Shown: positions 8,557 to 17,650, counted from the first letter of the stretch. The stretch: DNA of 64,000 nt from Candidatus Saccharimonadales bacterium (GCA_038255465.1 JBBSLJ010000002.1:302-64301); one strand, 5' to 3'. Notes: generated by a model not told the origin, from the letters alone. A program made the numbers and translations.

Positions 8557-8618
8557 TAGAGCACAGGTGCTGTTGTTGATTTTTGCAGCAAGCTGCGCCA
8601 GCTGAGCTACTGGCCTGA
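8557..8618 (-). pseudogene. partial duplicate of the tRNA-Lys 5' half within the tRNA leader
   Basis: On the minus strand, GGCCAGTAGCTCAGCTGG (18 nt) and AGCACCTG are identical to the tRNA 5' half but separated by a 26-nt insert. An inverted D-arm-like TGCTCTAGCCAGC follows. Confidence 0.55.
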
Positions 8619-8627
8619 AACTCGGGT

Positions 8628-8656
8628 ATATTAACAGATTGGCGATAACCTTTCAA
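8628..8656 (-). promoter_or_regulatory. sigma70-type promoter for the tRNA-Lys transcript
   Basis: On the minus strand, TTGAAA-N17-TAATAT lies about 125 nt upstream of the mature tRNA 5' end. Confidence 0.45.
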
Positions 8657-8702
8657 GACAGCTTCGTTTTAACTTGTTCGATCTTGAACAAAATAAACTA
8701 GT

Positions 8703-9092
8703 TTATTTTGTTGCGGGTTCGACGTTTTTCTTAATGAGATGATTCACTAAAGCGGCTAGGTCCGCTGGGCTTGAATGAGCCTTAATGATGTATTTGTAAG
8801 CACCTAGTTCCATTGCCTCGTGGACGTCTTCTTCTCTTCCCAGATTAGTTAGAACAACAACTTTTACATCCTTGCCGTCCTTACGATCTCTAAATCGGCG
8901 TAGGAACTCAATACCACCCATTTTAGGCATCAAGAGATCAAGTAAGATCACTTTTGGTTTAAATGTTTCAAGCGCATCTAGAGCCTCCTGGCCATTTGAA
9001 GAAGCCTCAATTGTGTGACCATTTTTTTCAAGCACCATTCGGTAGGCTTTGTTGAGCATATCGTTATCTTCTACTATGAGTATGTCTGCCAC
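8703..9092 (-). CDS. single-domain response regulator (REC only)
   Basis: CheY-like receiver: ILIVEDND..., the phospho-acceptor context VILLDLLMP, and KYIIKA. There is no output domain. Confidence 0.9.
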   Translation of the reverse strand: MADILIVEDNDMLNKAYRMVLEKNGHTIEASSNGQEALDALETFKPKVILLDLLMPKMGGIEFLRRFRDRKDGKDVKVVVLTNLGREEDVHEAMELGAYKYIIKAHSSPADLAALVNHLIKKNVEPATK

Positions 9093-9170
9093 TATTGCCT
9101 CCAGGTATTATTTAGCTTTGTCATGAGATTTAAATACATCCTATCTTATATATCACACTTTTTAAAAATG

Positions 9171-11258
9171 TTAAGCCAGAATCGTAACAATAAAGGTGGT
9201 GACTTTTCCTACTGCTGACTTTAAGTCTATTGTACCATCATGCAAATCAATGATCTTTTTAGCCCAGTAGAGTCCTATCCCCGTACCGCCTACTTGTATC
9301 GATAGAGGATTATCTAACCGCGAGAATTTTTGGAAAAGTTTGTTCATATCCTCGACAGCAATACCGACGCCCTCGTCTTTAACCTTAACCGTCACCGCCT
9401 TGCCATCATCCGATGAATCTATACTTACGGTGATCGATTTGCCTTCTACCGTATATTTACTGGCGTTGTCTATAAGGTTTTCAACCACCATGCGAATTCG
9501 TGACTTGTCTACAACCGCATAAATTTGTTCATTTGGCCGATCAAGCAATACTTTTTGCTTTCGTTTAGCAAACTGGGAACGTTGCTCCTGAAGAATGTTC
9601 TCTAATAGCTCGGCCATGTCGGTTTTTTGTTTCGCAAGCACTACTTTGCCCGCATCCACTTGCGCCACCTTCAGCAAATCATTGATGACTTCAAGCTGGC
9701 GCTCATTGCTTTCATAGGCATATTCAAGCATCGTACGCTGGTCATCAGTTACCTCACCAAAATAATTCTCAAGCAACATACCTATAAACTGCTTAACGCC
9801 GGTTGCGGGAGTGCGCAGCTGGTGTGAAGCAAGCGTAATAAATTCATCCTTCGCATCATTCAGCTCAACCAGTGCGTGCTGTTCTTCCAGCATGGTCTTA
9901 TAGCGTTGTTCACTTTCATACAGCGCTTGCTCGGCTAGCTTTGATGAGGTAATGTCTCGGGCGGTACCAAGCATTTTTACTATGGCGCCGTCTTTGTAAA
10001 AAGCCTGTCCTTGGCTTTGCACCCAGTGAACGCTTCCATCAGGCCATATTATTCGATGATGTACCTGAAATGTTTTGCCTGACTTCATCGCGTCTTTAAT
10101 AATTGCCTGCATTTCCGAACGTTCATCGGGATGCAGAAGGGTAATATACTTTTCATAAGTCACGCCCTCGTTTGGTTTCAGCCCGAATAAGCGTTTTAGT
10201 TCTGGCGGCCAATGCAAATTGCCTGACCTGACATCCCATTCCCAAATTCCCATCTTGGATACTTGCATAGCCAAGGCTAAGCGTTCCTCGCTTAAACGTA
10301 GCGCTTCGACAGATTTATGTTGGTCGGTTGCATCTTGTTGCATTCCCCACGCGCGAACCAGCTTGCCGTCATCCACGATTCCGACAAGGCTGTTACGAAA
10401 ATATTTATCTGTTCCGTGCTTGTCTTTTTCATGTGACTCAACATCTGTAAGCCGATAGCCCGATTTAATAAAGGCAGTTAGGTATGCAGTGTTCTTTGGA
10501 TCGTCTTTTATAAGTAGCTCATGCAGACGTAAGCCAGCTAGCGCTTTGTTATCTGGGAATCCATACATCTTTGCCATCGCATCGTTTGCTTCAGCCAGAT
10601 AGCCGTATGTATACATGTGTTTAATTTGTGCGTTTCTGCTTAATGATATATCTAAAGGCACCTCAAATTCATAGCGCCAGATTCCCTCGTGACTATTGTT
10701 GATAAAATCGCTGTAGAGCGTTTCGCTTTTGTTTAAAGCAAATTTTGTTCTTTTAGGCTCATCGCTACTGGTCGCAGTTAGTTCAAGAAGTTGAAGCTCG
10801 GCCTCTTTACGGGCGGTAATATCAACTGAAACATTCATTAAGTGCGACACTTTTCCATCAGCTGTTCTGTCGTAGATGCTTCCGTCAGTATGCAGCCAAA
10901 CCCAGTGCCCTTTTTTATGCTTCATGCGATACTCAAAATTGACGATCGTCTCGTTGTCTGCCGCGCCAGATTTTGCTTTTGAGATTTTATGCAAGGCCGC
11001 CTCGGTCTTCTTCAGTATCAACGGCATGTCATCGGGGTGGACCAAAGCTGAAACAAACGCTAATCCTTTTGATGTAAAATCAGACGGTTTGTAGCCAAGC
11101 AGTTTGGTTACCGTCTTGTTCACGTATTTATAATCACCCGTGATTAAGCTATACACGGCAATCATTGCCGGTAAATGGTCAGCTAGTTGCTCTAAAGCTA
11201 TGCCATTTATCCGCTTACCGTAAACCGAGTTGCCTGTATCGGGACTTTTTTTGACCAA
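9171..11258 (-). CDS. cytoplasmic multi-PAS sensor histidine kinase
   Basis: It has several PAS/PAC repeats, the H-box ASHQLRTPATGVKQF, and HATPase N and G boxes (DNASKYT, DEGVGI, GGTGIGL). No TM helices. The track ORF starts at 11321 and overlaps folC. I prefer the TTG at 11258, which lies 6 nt after a GGAGG. Confidence 0.85.
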   Translation of the reverse strand: MVKKSPDTGNSVYGKRINGIALEQLADHLPAMIAVYSLITGDYKYVNKTVTKLLGYKPSDFTSKGLAFVSALVHPDDMPLILKKTEAALHKISKAKSGAADNETIVNFEYRMKHKKGHWVWLHTDGSIYDRTADGKVSHLMNVSVDITARKEAELQLLELTATSSDEPKRTKFALNKSETLYSDFINNSHEGIWRYEFEVPLDISLSRNAQIKHMYTYGYLAEANDAMAKMYGFPDNKALAGLRLHELLIKDDPKNTAYLTAFIKSGYRLTDVESHEKDKHGTDKYFRNSLVGIVDDGKLVRAWGMQQDATDQHKSVEALRLSEERLALAMQVSKMGIWEWDVRSGNLHWPPELKRLFGLKPNEGVTYEKYITLLHPDERSEMQAIIKDAMKSGKTFQVHHRIIWPDGSVHWVQSQGQAFYKDGAIVKMLGTARDITSSKLAEQALYESEQRYKTMLEEQHALVELNDAKDEFITLASHQLRTPATGVKQFIGMLLENYFGEVTDDQRTMLEYAYESNERQLEVINDLLKVAQVDAGKVVLAKQKTDMAELLENILQEQRSQFAKRKQKVLLDRPNEQIYAVVDKSRIRMVVENLIDNASKYTVEGKSITVSIDSSDDGKAVTVKVKDEGVGIAVEDMNKLFQKFSRLDNPLSIQVGGTGIGLYWAKKIIDLHDGTIDLKSAVGKVTTFIVTILA

Positions 11259-11271
11259 ACCAAACCTCCAG

Positions 11272-12594
11272 TTAACCAACACTACTATTATACGTAAAAA
11301 ACGAGTTATCGCCTTTGCCAAGTCTTATTTTAAGTTTGGGTCTGATGTGATTAAGCAAATAAAACGATCCAGTTACAAGGACAACACTACTTGAAGCATG
11401 CAGTAGCTCTTCAAAAGCTTTCTCGGGGTGAAGAATTATTCTCCACTGTCCGAGCCCTACACTTTCGCAAGCCGCAACTACTTTTGAGGGATCAGTCGAT
11501 GCCTTTTCATTATTCTCAGTAGCAAACGTCGTAATTATAAGCTGGTCACATATAGGCATTAATGCTTTGATACAGCCGACAAGGCTGTCTTGTTTGGTAT
11601 TTACAAAGCTAGCTAAGATAGTGAATTTTTGGTGAGGATATTTATCCGTTAGGCTACCTACCAACGTCTCAAGCTTTTGTTGATTATGAGAGCCGTCTAG
11701 AATAACTGTTTTATCAGTAAATTGAAGTATTTCCATGCGTGCTGGAATGTAAACGCTCGTTGAATCAAGTAGCTGGTTTTGGTTCAATTCGGGCAAATTA
11801 TTCTTGGAAGCCAGAATTTTGTAGGTTGCAACTGCAAGATACCAGTTGCGTCGCTGAAACAAAGATAACGCTTCTGGCAACTGACTATTTTTAATAGGTA
11901 ATATTTCATGTAGCTCTGCATGCTGTCGACTGGCAGCTTGACGAATTATCTCCATGACATCCTGCGCCTGATTGTAGCTTACCACCGAATTATAGGGTTT
12001 TATAATGCCGGATTTTTGAGCAGCGATTTCTGGCAAACTTTTGCCAAGTACTTCCTGATGATCAAGCCCAATATCAGTAATAACCGCCAGTTTATCCTTA
12101 CTAAAAATAACGTTGGTTGCGTCAAGAAGTCCACCTATCCCTACTTCAATTACCGCATATTCACATTTAGCTCGTTTGAATTCCCAGAATGCAAAAGCAG
12201 TCAACAGCTCAAAATAAGTTGGGCTAATACCGCTCTGTTGCACAATATTATGAAAGATTGCAAATTCTTTGCAGAATCTTGCTTCTGACAACGGTTCAAG
12301 CTGGATCTGTGTACGTTCGTTTAATTCGTCAATATGTGGCGATACACTAAGTCCTGTTTTTATACCCGCCTGTTTTAAAAGCGCCGCCACATAGTAGCAA
12401 GTGGATGTCTTGCCTGAAGTGCCCGCTACATGGATTATTTTGTAATCATTTTGCGGGTTGCCTAAGAAATCCATTAACTTACCTATGCGTTCGAGTGTAT
12501 ACGCACCTTTTGGTGAATGGTGCGGGGACAAATAACCTTTAAGTAGCGCACGTACGTCAACAAACGATTTAGGCTGTTCGATAATCTCCTTCAT
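11272..12594 (-). CDS. folC: Mur-ligase-family folylpolyglutamate synthase/dihydrofolate synthase-like protein
   Basis: P-loop HVAGTSGKTST and FolC-like N-terminal and middle-domain architecture. The substrate is not certain in a reduced genome. Confidence 0.7.
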   Translation of the reverse strand: MKEIIEQPKSFVDVRALLKGYLSPHHSPKGAYTLERIGKLMDFLGNPQNDYKIIHVAGTSGKTSTCYYVAALLKQAGIKTGLSVSPHIDELNERTQIQLEPLSEARFCKEFAIFHNIVQQSGISPTYFELLTAFAFWEFKRAKCEYAVIEVGIGGLLDATNVIFSKDKLAVITDIGLDHQEVLGKSLPEIAAQKSGIIKPYNSVVSYNQAQDVMEIIRQAASRQHAELHEILPIKNSQLPEALSLFQRRNWYLAVATYKILASKNNLPELNQNQLLDSTSVYIPARMEILQFTDKTVILDGSHNQQKLETLVGSLTDKYPHQKFTILASFVNTKQDSLVGCIKALMPICDQLIITTFATENNEKASTDPSKVVAACESVGLGQWRIILHPEKAFEELLHASSSVVLVTGSFYLLNHIRPKLKIRLGKGDNSFFTYNSSVG

Positions 12595-12628
12595 ATCTGG
12601 TAAGATGATACACTAGTGCGGCTAGTGC

Positions 12629-12668
12629 GCGCCCGTAGCTCAGCGGATTAGAGTACTTGGATTCGAAC
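12629..12668 (+). pseudogene. tRNA-Arg-like 5' half (acceptor, D arm and anticodon loop only)
   Basis: GCGCCCG-TA-GCTC-AGCGGATTA-GAGT-A-CTTGG-ATTCGAA has no complementary 3' anticodon-stem strand, T arm or acceptor 3' strand downstream. It resembles the 5' half of the intact tRNA at 13024. Confidence 0.6.
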
Positions 12669-13046
12669 AATAAAAGTTGTTATAATCTCTGTGTGGCATA
12701 TAAAAATAATGAGGACCAACGCGCCGCCAGTAAAAGTCATTATCAAGCTAATAAACATAAATACTTAGAGCGTAATAAAAATTACAGGCTCACTATCCGA
12801 AAATTTATTCAATCAATTAAAGAAAATGCACCTTGTTCTGATTGCGGCAAAAGTTATCCATATTATGTAATGGACTTTGACCACCTAGGCAACAAGGAGC
12901 AGGAAATTAGTTTCCTTGCCTCTACGGGTAGAATTGGCCTTTTAAAAAAGGAAATAAAGAAATGCGAGGTCATCTGCGCCAATTGTCATAGAGAAAGAAC
13001 GCATGTAAGATTAATAAGTTTATGCACCCTTAGCTCAGCGGATTAG
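12657..13046 (+). CDS. HNH endonuclease
   Basis: CSDCG...DFDHLGNK...CANCHRERTH is an HNH/zinc-finger nuclease core. The ORF opens inside the anticodon loop of the tRNA fragment and its stop lies in the D loop of tRNA-Arg(TCG). The start is uncertain: TTG at 12657, or GTG at 12693 after a TATAAT at 12682. Confidence 0.8.
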   Translation: MDSNNKSCYNLCVAYKNNEDQRAASKSHYQANKHKYLERNKNYRLTIRKFIQSIKENAPCSDCGKSYPYYVMDFDHLGNKEQEISFLASTGRIGLLKKEIKKCEVICANCHRERTHVRLISLCTLSSAD

Positions 13047-13100
13047 AGCGTCTGTCTTCGGAACAGAAGGTCGTAGGTTCGAATCCTACAGGGTGCACCA
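13024..13100 (+). tRNA. tRNA-Arg (anticodon TCG), CCA encoded
   Basis: Cloverleaf: GCACCCT/AGGGTGC acceptor, anticodon arm TCTGT-CTTCGGA-ACAGA, T arm GTAGG-TTCGAAT-CCTAC. Confidence 0.9.
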
Positions 13101-13180
13101 AATGCTTCTTTCTTAAATTTTGCGGATACAAGTATTGTATAGCTGGAAGATTATTCACCTTACTAGGTTGCGCCTCCCGG

Positions 13181-14419
13181 CTACTGACTTATCAAGTGTT
13201 TTGTTTGCTCTAGCACGGCTTTAGGGATTGATTTAATCGGTCTAAGGCGCTGAGGAGTGAACACTGGGGCCCACGTATTTTTATTACCTGCTACAAGATC
13301 GGTTAAAATCAATGCGGCCACTGTTCCGTTAGATAGGCCCCATTTCTTAAATGCCGTCGCAACATAAAGATTTTTTGACCAAGGATACAGCTTGCCAATA
13401 AGCGGTACTTTGTCATAGGCAATGTAGTCTCTGTCGGACCACTTGTGCGTAATTGTTGTAATACCAAAATGTTTTTCTGCGTAATTCGCTATTTGCTTAA
13501 ACTTGGCCTCTTTGCTTACACGCATTCCAGAAAGATGCCCTCCCCCACCGATTAACAAGTATGGATTATTATTAAATTGTACGGGTAATATTGAATAGTG
13601 CTGTCTGTCGGGCGAAATATACATGCCTGGCATGTCTTTGCTATAGGGAGCTGCAACGATGTATGACTCAGTGGGATATTCGAGTATACAGTAACCACCG
13701 CGCGCCATAAGTGGCATTGTAGGAACATTTGTGGCCACAATTATATGCTTGGCAATCAGCTTGCCTTTTGCGGTGCGTATCGTGCAAGGATTGCCGTCTC
13801 TGATGCTAACTGCTTTACTGTGTTCGAATACGTAGCTACCGTTGCCATGAATTGTAGCAGCCAAACCGATGAGGTACTTCTGAGAGCTAAACTTTGCTTG
13901 GTTAGCAAATTTAACGGCACCCTGCACTTCAAAAGGAAGCGCAAGGCTAGTCTCAAATGATGCGGGCAAGCCTAAGCTGGCCGCTACTTTGGCCTCATTC
14001 TTGAACTTCTCTACCTGCTTTGGGTCAGCAGTATATACATAGTTGTCTGCCCGCTGCCAGTCACAATCGATCTTTTCTTGCTTAATTATACGCTCGACCT
14101 GCTCTATGGCCGCCTCATTGGCCTCACCATACAGCCGGGTAGCATCTGGCCCCAACTGACCCAGAAGTTCGGCATAAATAAGACTATGCTGCGACGTTAC
14201 CTTGCCAGTCGTCCTTCCAGTAGTTCCGCCGCCAACCGTATCTTGATCAAGTACTGCGACTGTAAATCCGGCCTGCTTAAGTAGGTACGCCGAGCTGAGG
14301 CCAGTTATCCCAGCCCCAACTATTGCAGCATCTACCTCTAGTTCTTCATCAAGATGAGAGTAGAGAGATCTTGAATAAGCTTCGCGCCATAATGATTTTT
14401 CTTCTTTAGGTAGTTGCAT
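13181..14419 (-). CDS. FAD-dependent oxidoreductase (DAO/glycine-oxidase-like family)
   Basis: Rossmann dinucleotide motif VDAAIVGAGITGLSSAYLL...VAVLD. The likely start is MQLPKEEK at 14419 rather than the track start at 14458. Confidence 0.75.
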   Translation of the reverse strand: MQLPKEEKSLWREAYSRSLYSHLDEELEVDAAIVGAGITGLSSAYLLKQAGFTVAVLDQDTVGGGTTGRTTGKVTSQHSLIYAELLGQLGPDATRLYGEANEAAIEQVERIIKQEKIDCDWQRADNYVYTADPKQVEKFKNEAKVAASLGLPASFETSLALPFEVQGAVKFANQAKFSSQKYLIGLAATIHGNGSYVFEHSKAVSIRDGNPCTIRTAKGKLIAKHIIVATNVPTMPLMARGGYCILEYPTESYIVAAPYSKDMPGMYISPDRQHYSILPVQFNNNPYLLIGGGGHLSGMRVSKEAKFKQIANYAEKHFGITTITHKWSDRDYIAYDKVPLIGKLYPWSKNLYVATAFKKWGLSNGTVAALILTDLVAGNKNTWAPVFTPQRLRPIKSIPKAVLEQTKHLISQ

Positions 14420-14509
14420 AACAATCCTAAATTTACATAGAGCAAGCAATTGTAGCAATGATATTTCTTGCTACTCACGCAGGAATGTTATGTTCGTATC
14501 GGGTCGTAC

Positions 14510-14893
14510 TTAAACGCTTGTATTTTTTGAAGCACGAACTGGAAGACCAAAACCAATGAACAGGGCTGTACCAGAAATAAAAATATGTAGCACAATATCA
14601 GCCGTGTTGTGTGCAACAAATCCAAGTAAAGGTCTGTCCATGTAGTAGAAACCTAGTAAGGTCACTAGTGCATAGATAACACCGAATACCTGGAAATATG
14701 TTTTGGAAGCAGCTTCACTTGCAAAGCCCGTTACTAGCGCAACAACACCACTTACTAGGTGAATAAGATTATGTACATCGTTTACCTCGAACAAACCCAA
14801 CAGACGACCTCCGGGCGTAAATGCTGGCACAAAACCTAGTATACCCGCAACGAGCAATACCGCACCAAATACTTTTGCTAATGTTCTTAACAT
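14510..14893 (-). CDS. DUF4383-family membrane protein
   Basis: It has four TM helices and an LLGLFEVNDVHNLIHLVSG pattern characteristic of DUF4383. The likely start is MLRTLAKVF. Confidence 0.6.
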   Translation of the reverse strand: MLRTLAKVFGAVLLVAGILGFVPAFTPGGRLLGLFEVNDVHNLIHLVSGVVALVTGFASEAASKTYFQVFGVIYALVTLLGFYYMDRPLLGFVAHNTADIVLHIFISGTALFIGFGLPVRASKNTSV

Positions 14894-15009
14894 AGTAACT
14901 ATACTTTCATTGATTTTAGAGTACATTATCAACAATAGCACACCGTAGTATTTTTAATTGGGCCGCTAAAGTTTTATGATAATTATCCACAATGGTAACA
15001 CCCCGATTC

Positions 15010-15038
15010 TTGTCCGATTTGTTAATAAAAGCTAGGAT
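15010..15038 (+). promoter_or_regulatory. candidate promoter for tRNA-Arg(CCG)
   Basis: TTGTCC-N17-TAGGAT ends 10 nt before the tRNA 5' end. Confidence 0.35.
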
Positions 15039-15048
15039 ACATCAGTAC

Positions 15049-15125
15049 GCACCCTTAGCTCAGCTGGATAGAGCGTTGGTTTCCGGTACCAAAGGTCAGA
15101 GGTTCGAATCCTCTAGGGTGTACCA
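15049..15125 (+). tRNA. tRNA-Arg (anticodon CCG), CCA encoded
   Basis: Cloverleaf: GCACCCT/AGGGTGT acceptor, anticodon arm TTGGT-TTCCGGT-ACCAA, T arm CAGAG-GTTCGAATC-CTCTA region. The last 30 nt are antisense to the recombinase C-terminus. Confidence 0.9.
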
Positions 15126-16613
15126 TATCCCAGTTTTTGATAATGAGATGACCGCTTCAAACGGTTCCTTAAGTGTTAATTGCAGTTTTTGACCGTCTAA
15201 AGTAGCGTTCGAAAGTATGAAGTCTAGTAGGTAGCGTTTTTGCTCTACTTTCGTACTCTCAGCGTCAAATAGTTCAACAGCACGACTGCATACGTCTAGT
15301 AAGTAGCTTGCACCAATGACAAACGATTTATCACCAGCACTATGGTCTTGCAGGTCATCAAGTAATTCTTTCTGACGTTTTTCAATCTTCTTGACCATTC
15401 GCTCAAACACATCGTGACGAGATTTGAATTGTTTGCGGTCTTTGAATAATTCTTCTAGCTCCTCGTCCAATGCATCAAATTCTGTCTGTAAGCGAGTTTT
15501 AGTACCCGTATAACGTTCTTGTTCGCTGGCATGGTTCTTCTCAATCTCTACGATTAAATTGGGGATTAGCTTTTTGGGTAGTTGAATTGATTTGAGTAGC
15601 TTTCGTATTTGGTCAATGAGTAATTGCTCGTCTATCCATACAGCACCATGCTTACCACCGTATTCTGTGCATTTACCGTAAGTCCTGCCGTTATGCTTGG
15701 GACCGTCAAAGGTAATGGAATAATTACATGTGTGGCACTTAAGGTTTTTGAACAGGAACGGCTTACTGTTGTATTTGGTTTTACCATTTGCACGGCGGTT
15801 TTTGACCTCCTGCACTTTGTCCCATAACCATGGTTCAATAATGGTGTCGTAGTTATGGTCGTACTCTTTGCCTTTGTAGACCATTCTGCCGACGTAAAAT
15901 GGGTTAGTTAATATATCTTCCCATTGCGCGGCACTGATGACCACCGCTTTAGCTGTACGGCTGCGTAATCCAGCAGCCTTCATCTCTTTTGCTATTGCCT
16001 TGTATGACAGTCCCGTAGAACGTAGTTCATAGCCTTTACGTATGTGATAATCACGGTCAGCGTCTAAGCGAATGCCCTTAAAAATTACCTTGCCATTATC
16101 GTCGTGTTCTTGGTAGTTCACGTAACCTATTGGTGCACGACCTATCCAGATACCGTCATCAAGCATTTGGTCAAAACGGCGTTTAACGTTATCCCGTATT
16201 GCACCTGAATAGTAGCTGGCTAAGGCTACGTTTATATCAAACTGAAAGTGTGCCGTTGCTGCTGATTCGGAGTTGATAATAAGGTGGTCGTGCGGAAAGT
16301 GCAGTTCAATCTTATCTTGCTTTGCAAGCCTAGTAAGGATAGATTTTTCTTCTGACGAGGAATCCCTAGTAAATCTGTCCACTTTGTCGTGGACGATTAT
16401 TGACTTCTCTTTTGCCTTTAGTAATGGTTCTAAAACCAGTTCACCAAATCGCTTGCGATTGTCCTTGAAAGCCGTTTCGTCAAACTCAATATATTCGTAA
16501 TCTTTATTTTCAAGCCAGTCCAAGCTCTTGGCATAATCTTCAAGCCTTTTCTTTTGGGCTGGGAGAGCCTTTTTCTGGTCCGGGTCAGAAACCCGTGCGA
16601 TTAAATAGTTCAT
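15096..16613 (-). CDS. large serine recombinase (integrase)
   Basis: N-terminal resolvase catalytic motif [11 protein letters not shown], a recombinase domain (PIGYVNY...[12 protein letters not shown]), the zinc ribbon CHTCNYS...[11 protein letters not shown] and a C-terminal coiled coil. Confidence 0.9.
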   Translation of the reverse strand: MNYLIARVSDPDQKKALPAQKKRLEDYAKSLDWLENKDYEYIEFDETAFKDNRKRFGELVLEPLLKAKEKSIIVHDKVDRFTRDSSSEEKSILTRLAKQDKIELHFPHDHLIINSESAATAHFQFDINVALASYYSGAIRDNVKRRFDQMLDDGIWIGRAPIGYVNYQEHDDNGKVIFKGIRLDADRDYHIRKGYELRSTGLSYKAIAKEMKAAGLRSRTAKAVVISAAQWEDILTNPFYVGRMVYKGKEYDHNYDTIIEPWLWDKVQEVKNRRANGKTKYNSKPFLFKNLKCHTCNYSITFDGPKHNGRTYGKCTEYGGKHGAVWIDEQLLIDQIRKLLKSIQLPKKLIPNLIVEIEKNHASEQERYTGTKTRLQTEFDALDEELEELFKDRKQFKSRHDVFERMVKKIEKRQKELLDDLQDHSAGDKSFVIGASYLLDVCSRAVELFDAESTKVEQKRYLLDFILSNATLDGQKLQLTLKEPFEAVISLSKTGIWYTLEDSNL

Positions 16614-17155
16614 TTTTCATTCTTTCTGGACATACTTACATTATAGTTGTTTAGTATGCTTTTATCAACTGATTCTGGGAAGTTATTTTTGTTATGCTTT
16701 TTTACTATTTCCAGCAATTTTTTATGCTCATCTTCAGTGATTAACGGCTCGTGCAGCCCTTTGAATAGTTGCCCTTTGTAGCTGATATAGCCAACGTAAT
16801 AGGGGTCTGACAGTAGGCGTTTAGTTCTTATCGTATTCCATGTCTTAATTGTGTTTAAGCCATAGAACATCAACGCAATGTTCATGTTGGCAGATTCTAT
16901 GTTTGTTTCACCATTCGCCAGTTTCTTTAGCGTTTCACGTAAGGCTCTGCCGTAACGGTTTACTTTGTAAAGCCCTGCTGTCTCCGTCGTAAAATATCCA
17001 AAAGGTGGGCGGCTTATTGCATAGCCGTTTTTGGCACGGTGTAATAGACCACGCTTTACTGCTTCTGACATCTGTTTATTATGGTACTGTGACATTGCGA
17101 TGGTTATATCCATCATAAATTTCTCTTTTGCTGATATATTCTCTTGCTTATTCAT
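16610..17155 (-). CDS. recombinase-domain protein lacking the catalytic serine domain
   Basis: It starts within the alpha-E-like region (SEAVKRGLLHRAKNGYAISRPPFGY) and continues through the DPYYVGYISYKG recombinase domain. There is no resolvase N-domain, zinc ribbon or coiled coil. It has its own AAAGGAG SD and overlaps the integrase start by 4 nt. Confidence 0.7.
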   Translation of the reverse strand: MNKQENISAKEKFMMDITIAMSQYHNKQMSEAVKRGLLHRAKNGYAISRPPFGYFTTETAGLYKVNRYGRALRETLKKLANGETNIESANMNIALMFYGLNTIKTWNTIRTKRLLSDPYYVGYISYKGQLFKGLHEPLITEDEHKKLLEIVKKHNKNNFPESVDKSILNNYNVSMSRKNEK

Positions 17156-17222
17156 TTCTTTAGCTCCTTTATTGCTTAAAATTGGTTGTGGAGGGCTGCA
17201 CTCTACCGCACAGCCCTTCTGT

Positions 17223-17429
17223 TTATGCTTCTTCTTTTGATTGGTTTTTTTTATTTTTGTCCCATGCTTGTTTCTGACGATCCATAGCGATTAGCGTTTT
17301 CACGAAATTGACTAGATTAAAGTTTATTTCCGCTTCTTCTGCTACTGTAAGTTGCTTACCACATAGCTCCTCGTATGGGCTTTCCGCAGGGTCGCTTCTC
17401 GCTCTTGGTTTCTTGTCTTCTTCCTTCAT
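17223..17429 (-). CDS. small charged hypothetical protein (first gene of the recombinase operon)
   Basis: 68-aa ORF followed by the hairpin GGGCTG...CAGCCC. No recognisable motif. An excisionase or regulator role is only a guess. Confidence 0.4.
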   Translation of the reverse strand: MKEEDKKPRARSDPAESPYEELCGKQLTVAEEAEINFNLVNFVKTLIAMDRQKQAWDKNKKNQSKEEA

Positions 17430-17480
17430 ATTTCTCCCTTATTTTTGACATTACGAACCACAGGTTGCGTATACTCGCAC

Positions 17481-17625
17481 CTATTCTTGCTTATTCTTGT
17501 ATTGGTACTATCTATCTAGTTAAGAAGTAGTAATCCAAGTAGTATTAGTTATCCATTAGAAGTAATCTACTATTTGGGTATCTAGAATCTATTAGATGAA
17601 TAACCTAATAGATATTAGTAATCTA
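17481..17625. repeat. repeat-rich AT-rich intergenic region of the island (iteron/operator-like)
   Basis: It contains the tandem TATTCTTG(C/T)T x2 (17481-17500). AGTAATC[CT]A occurs three times (17529, 17561, 17617). There is also the pair ATTAGAT/AATAGAT (17591, 17607). Confidence 0.45.
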
Positions 17626-17650
17626 TGGCACTGTATAGCCATGGTCCGAA

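Noticed and set aside
12669-13023. A group I intron (with an HNH homing endonuclease) in the anticodon loop of a tRNA-Arg.
   Set aside because: The interval is only about 355 nt and almost fully occupied by the ORF, leaving no room for a P3-P9 catalytic core. No 3' exon (CCAAG, T arm, CGGGCGC) follows. The downstream tRNA is complete on its own.
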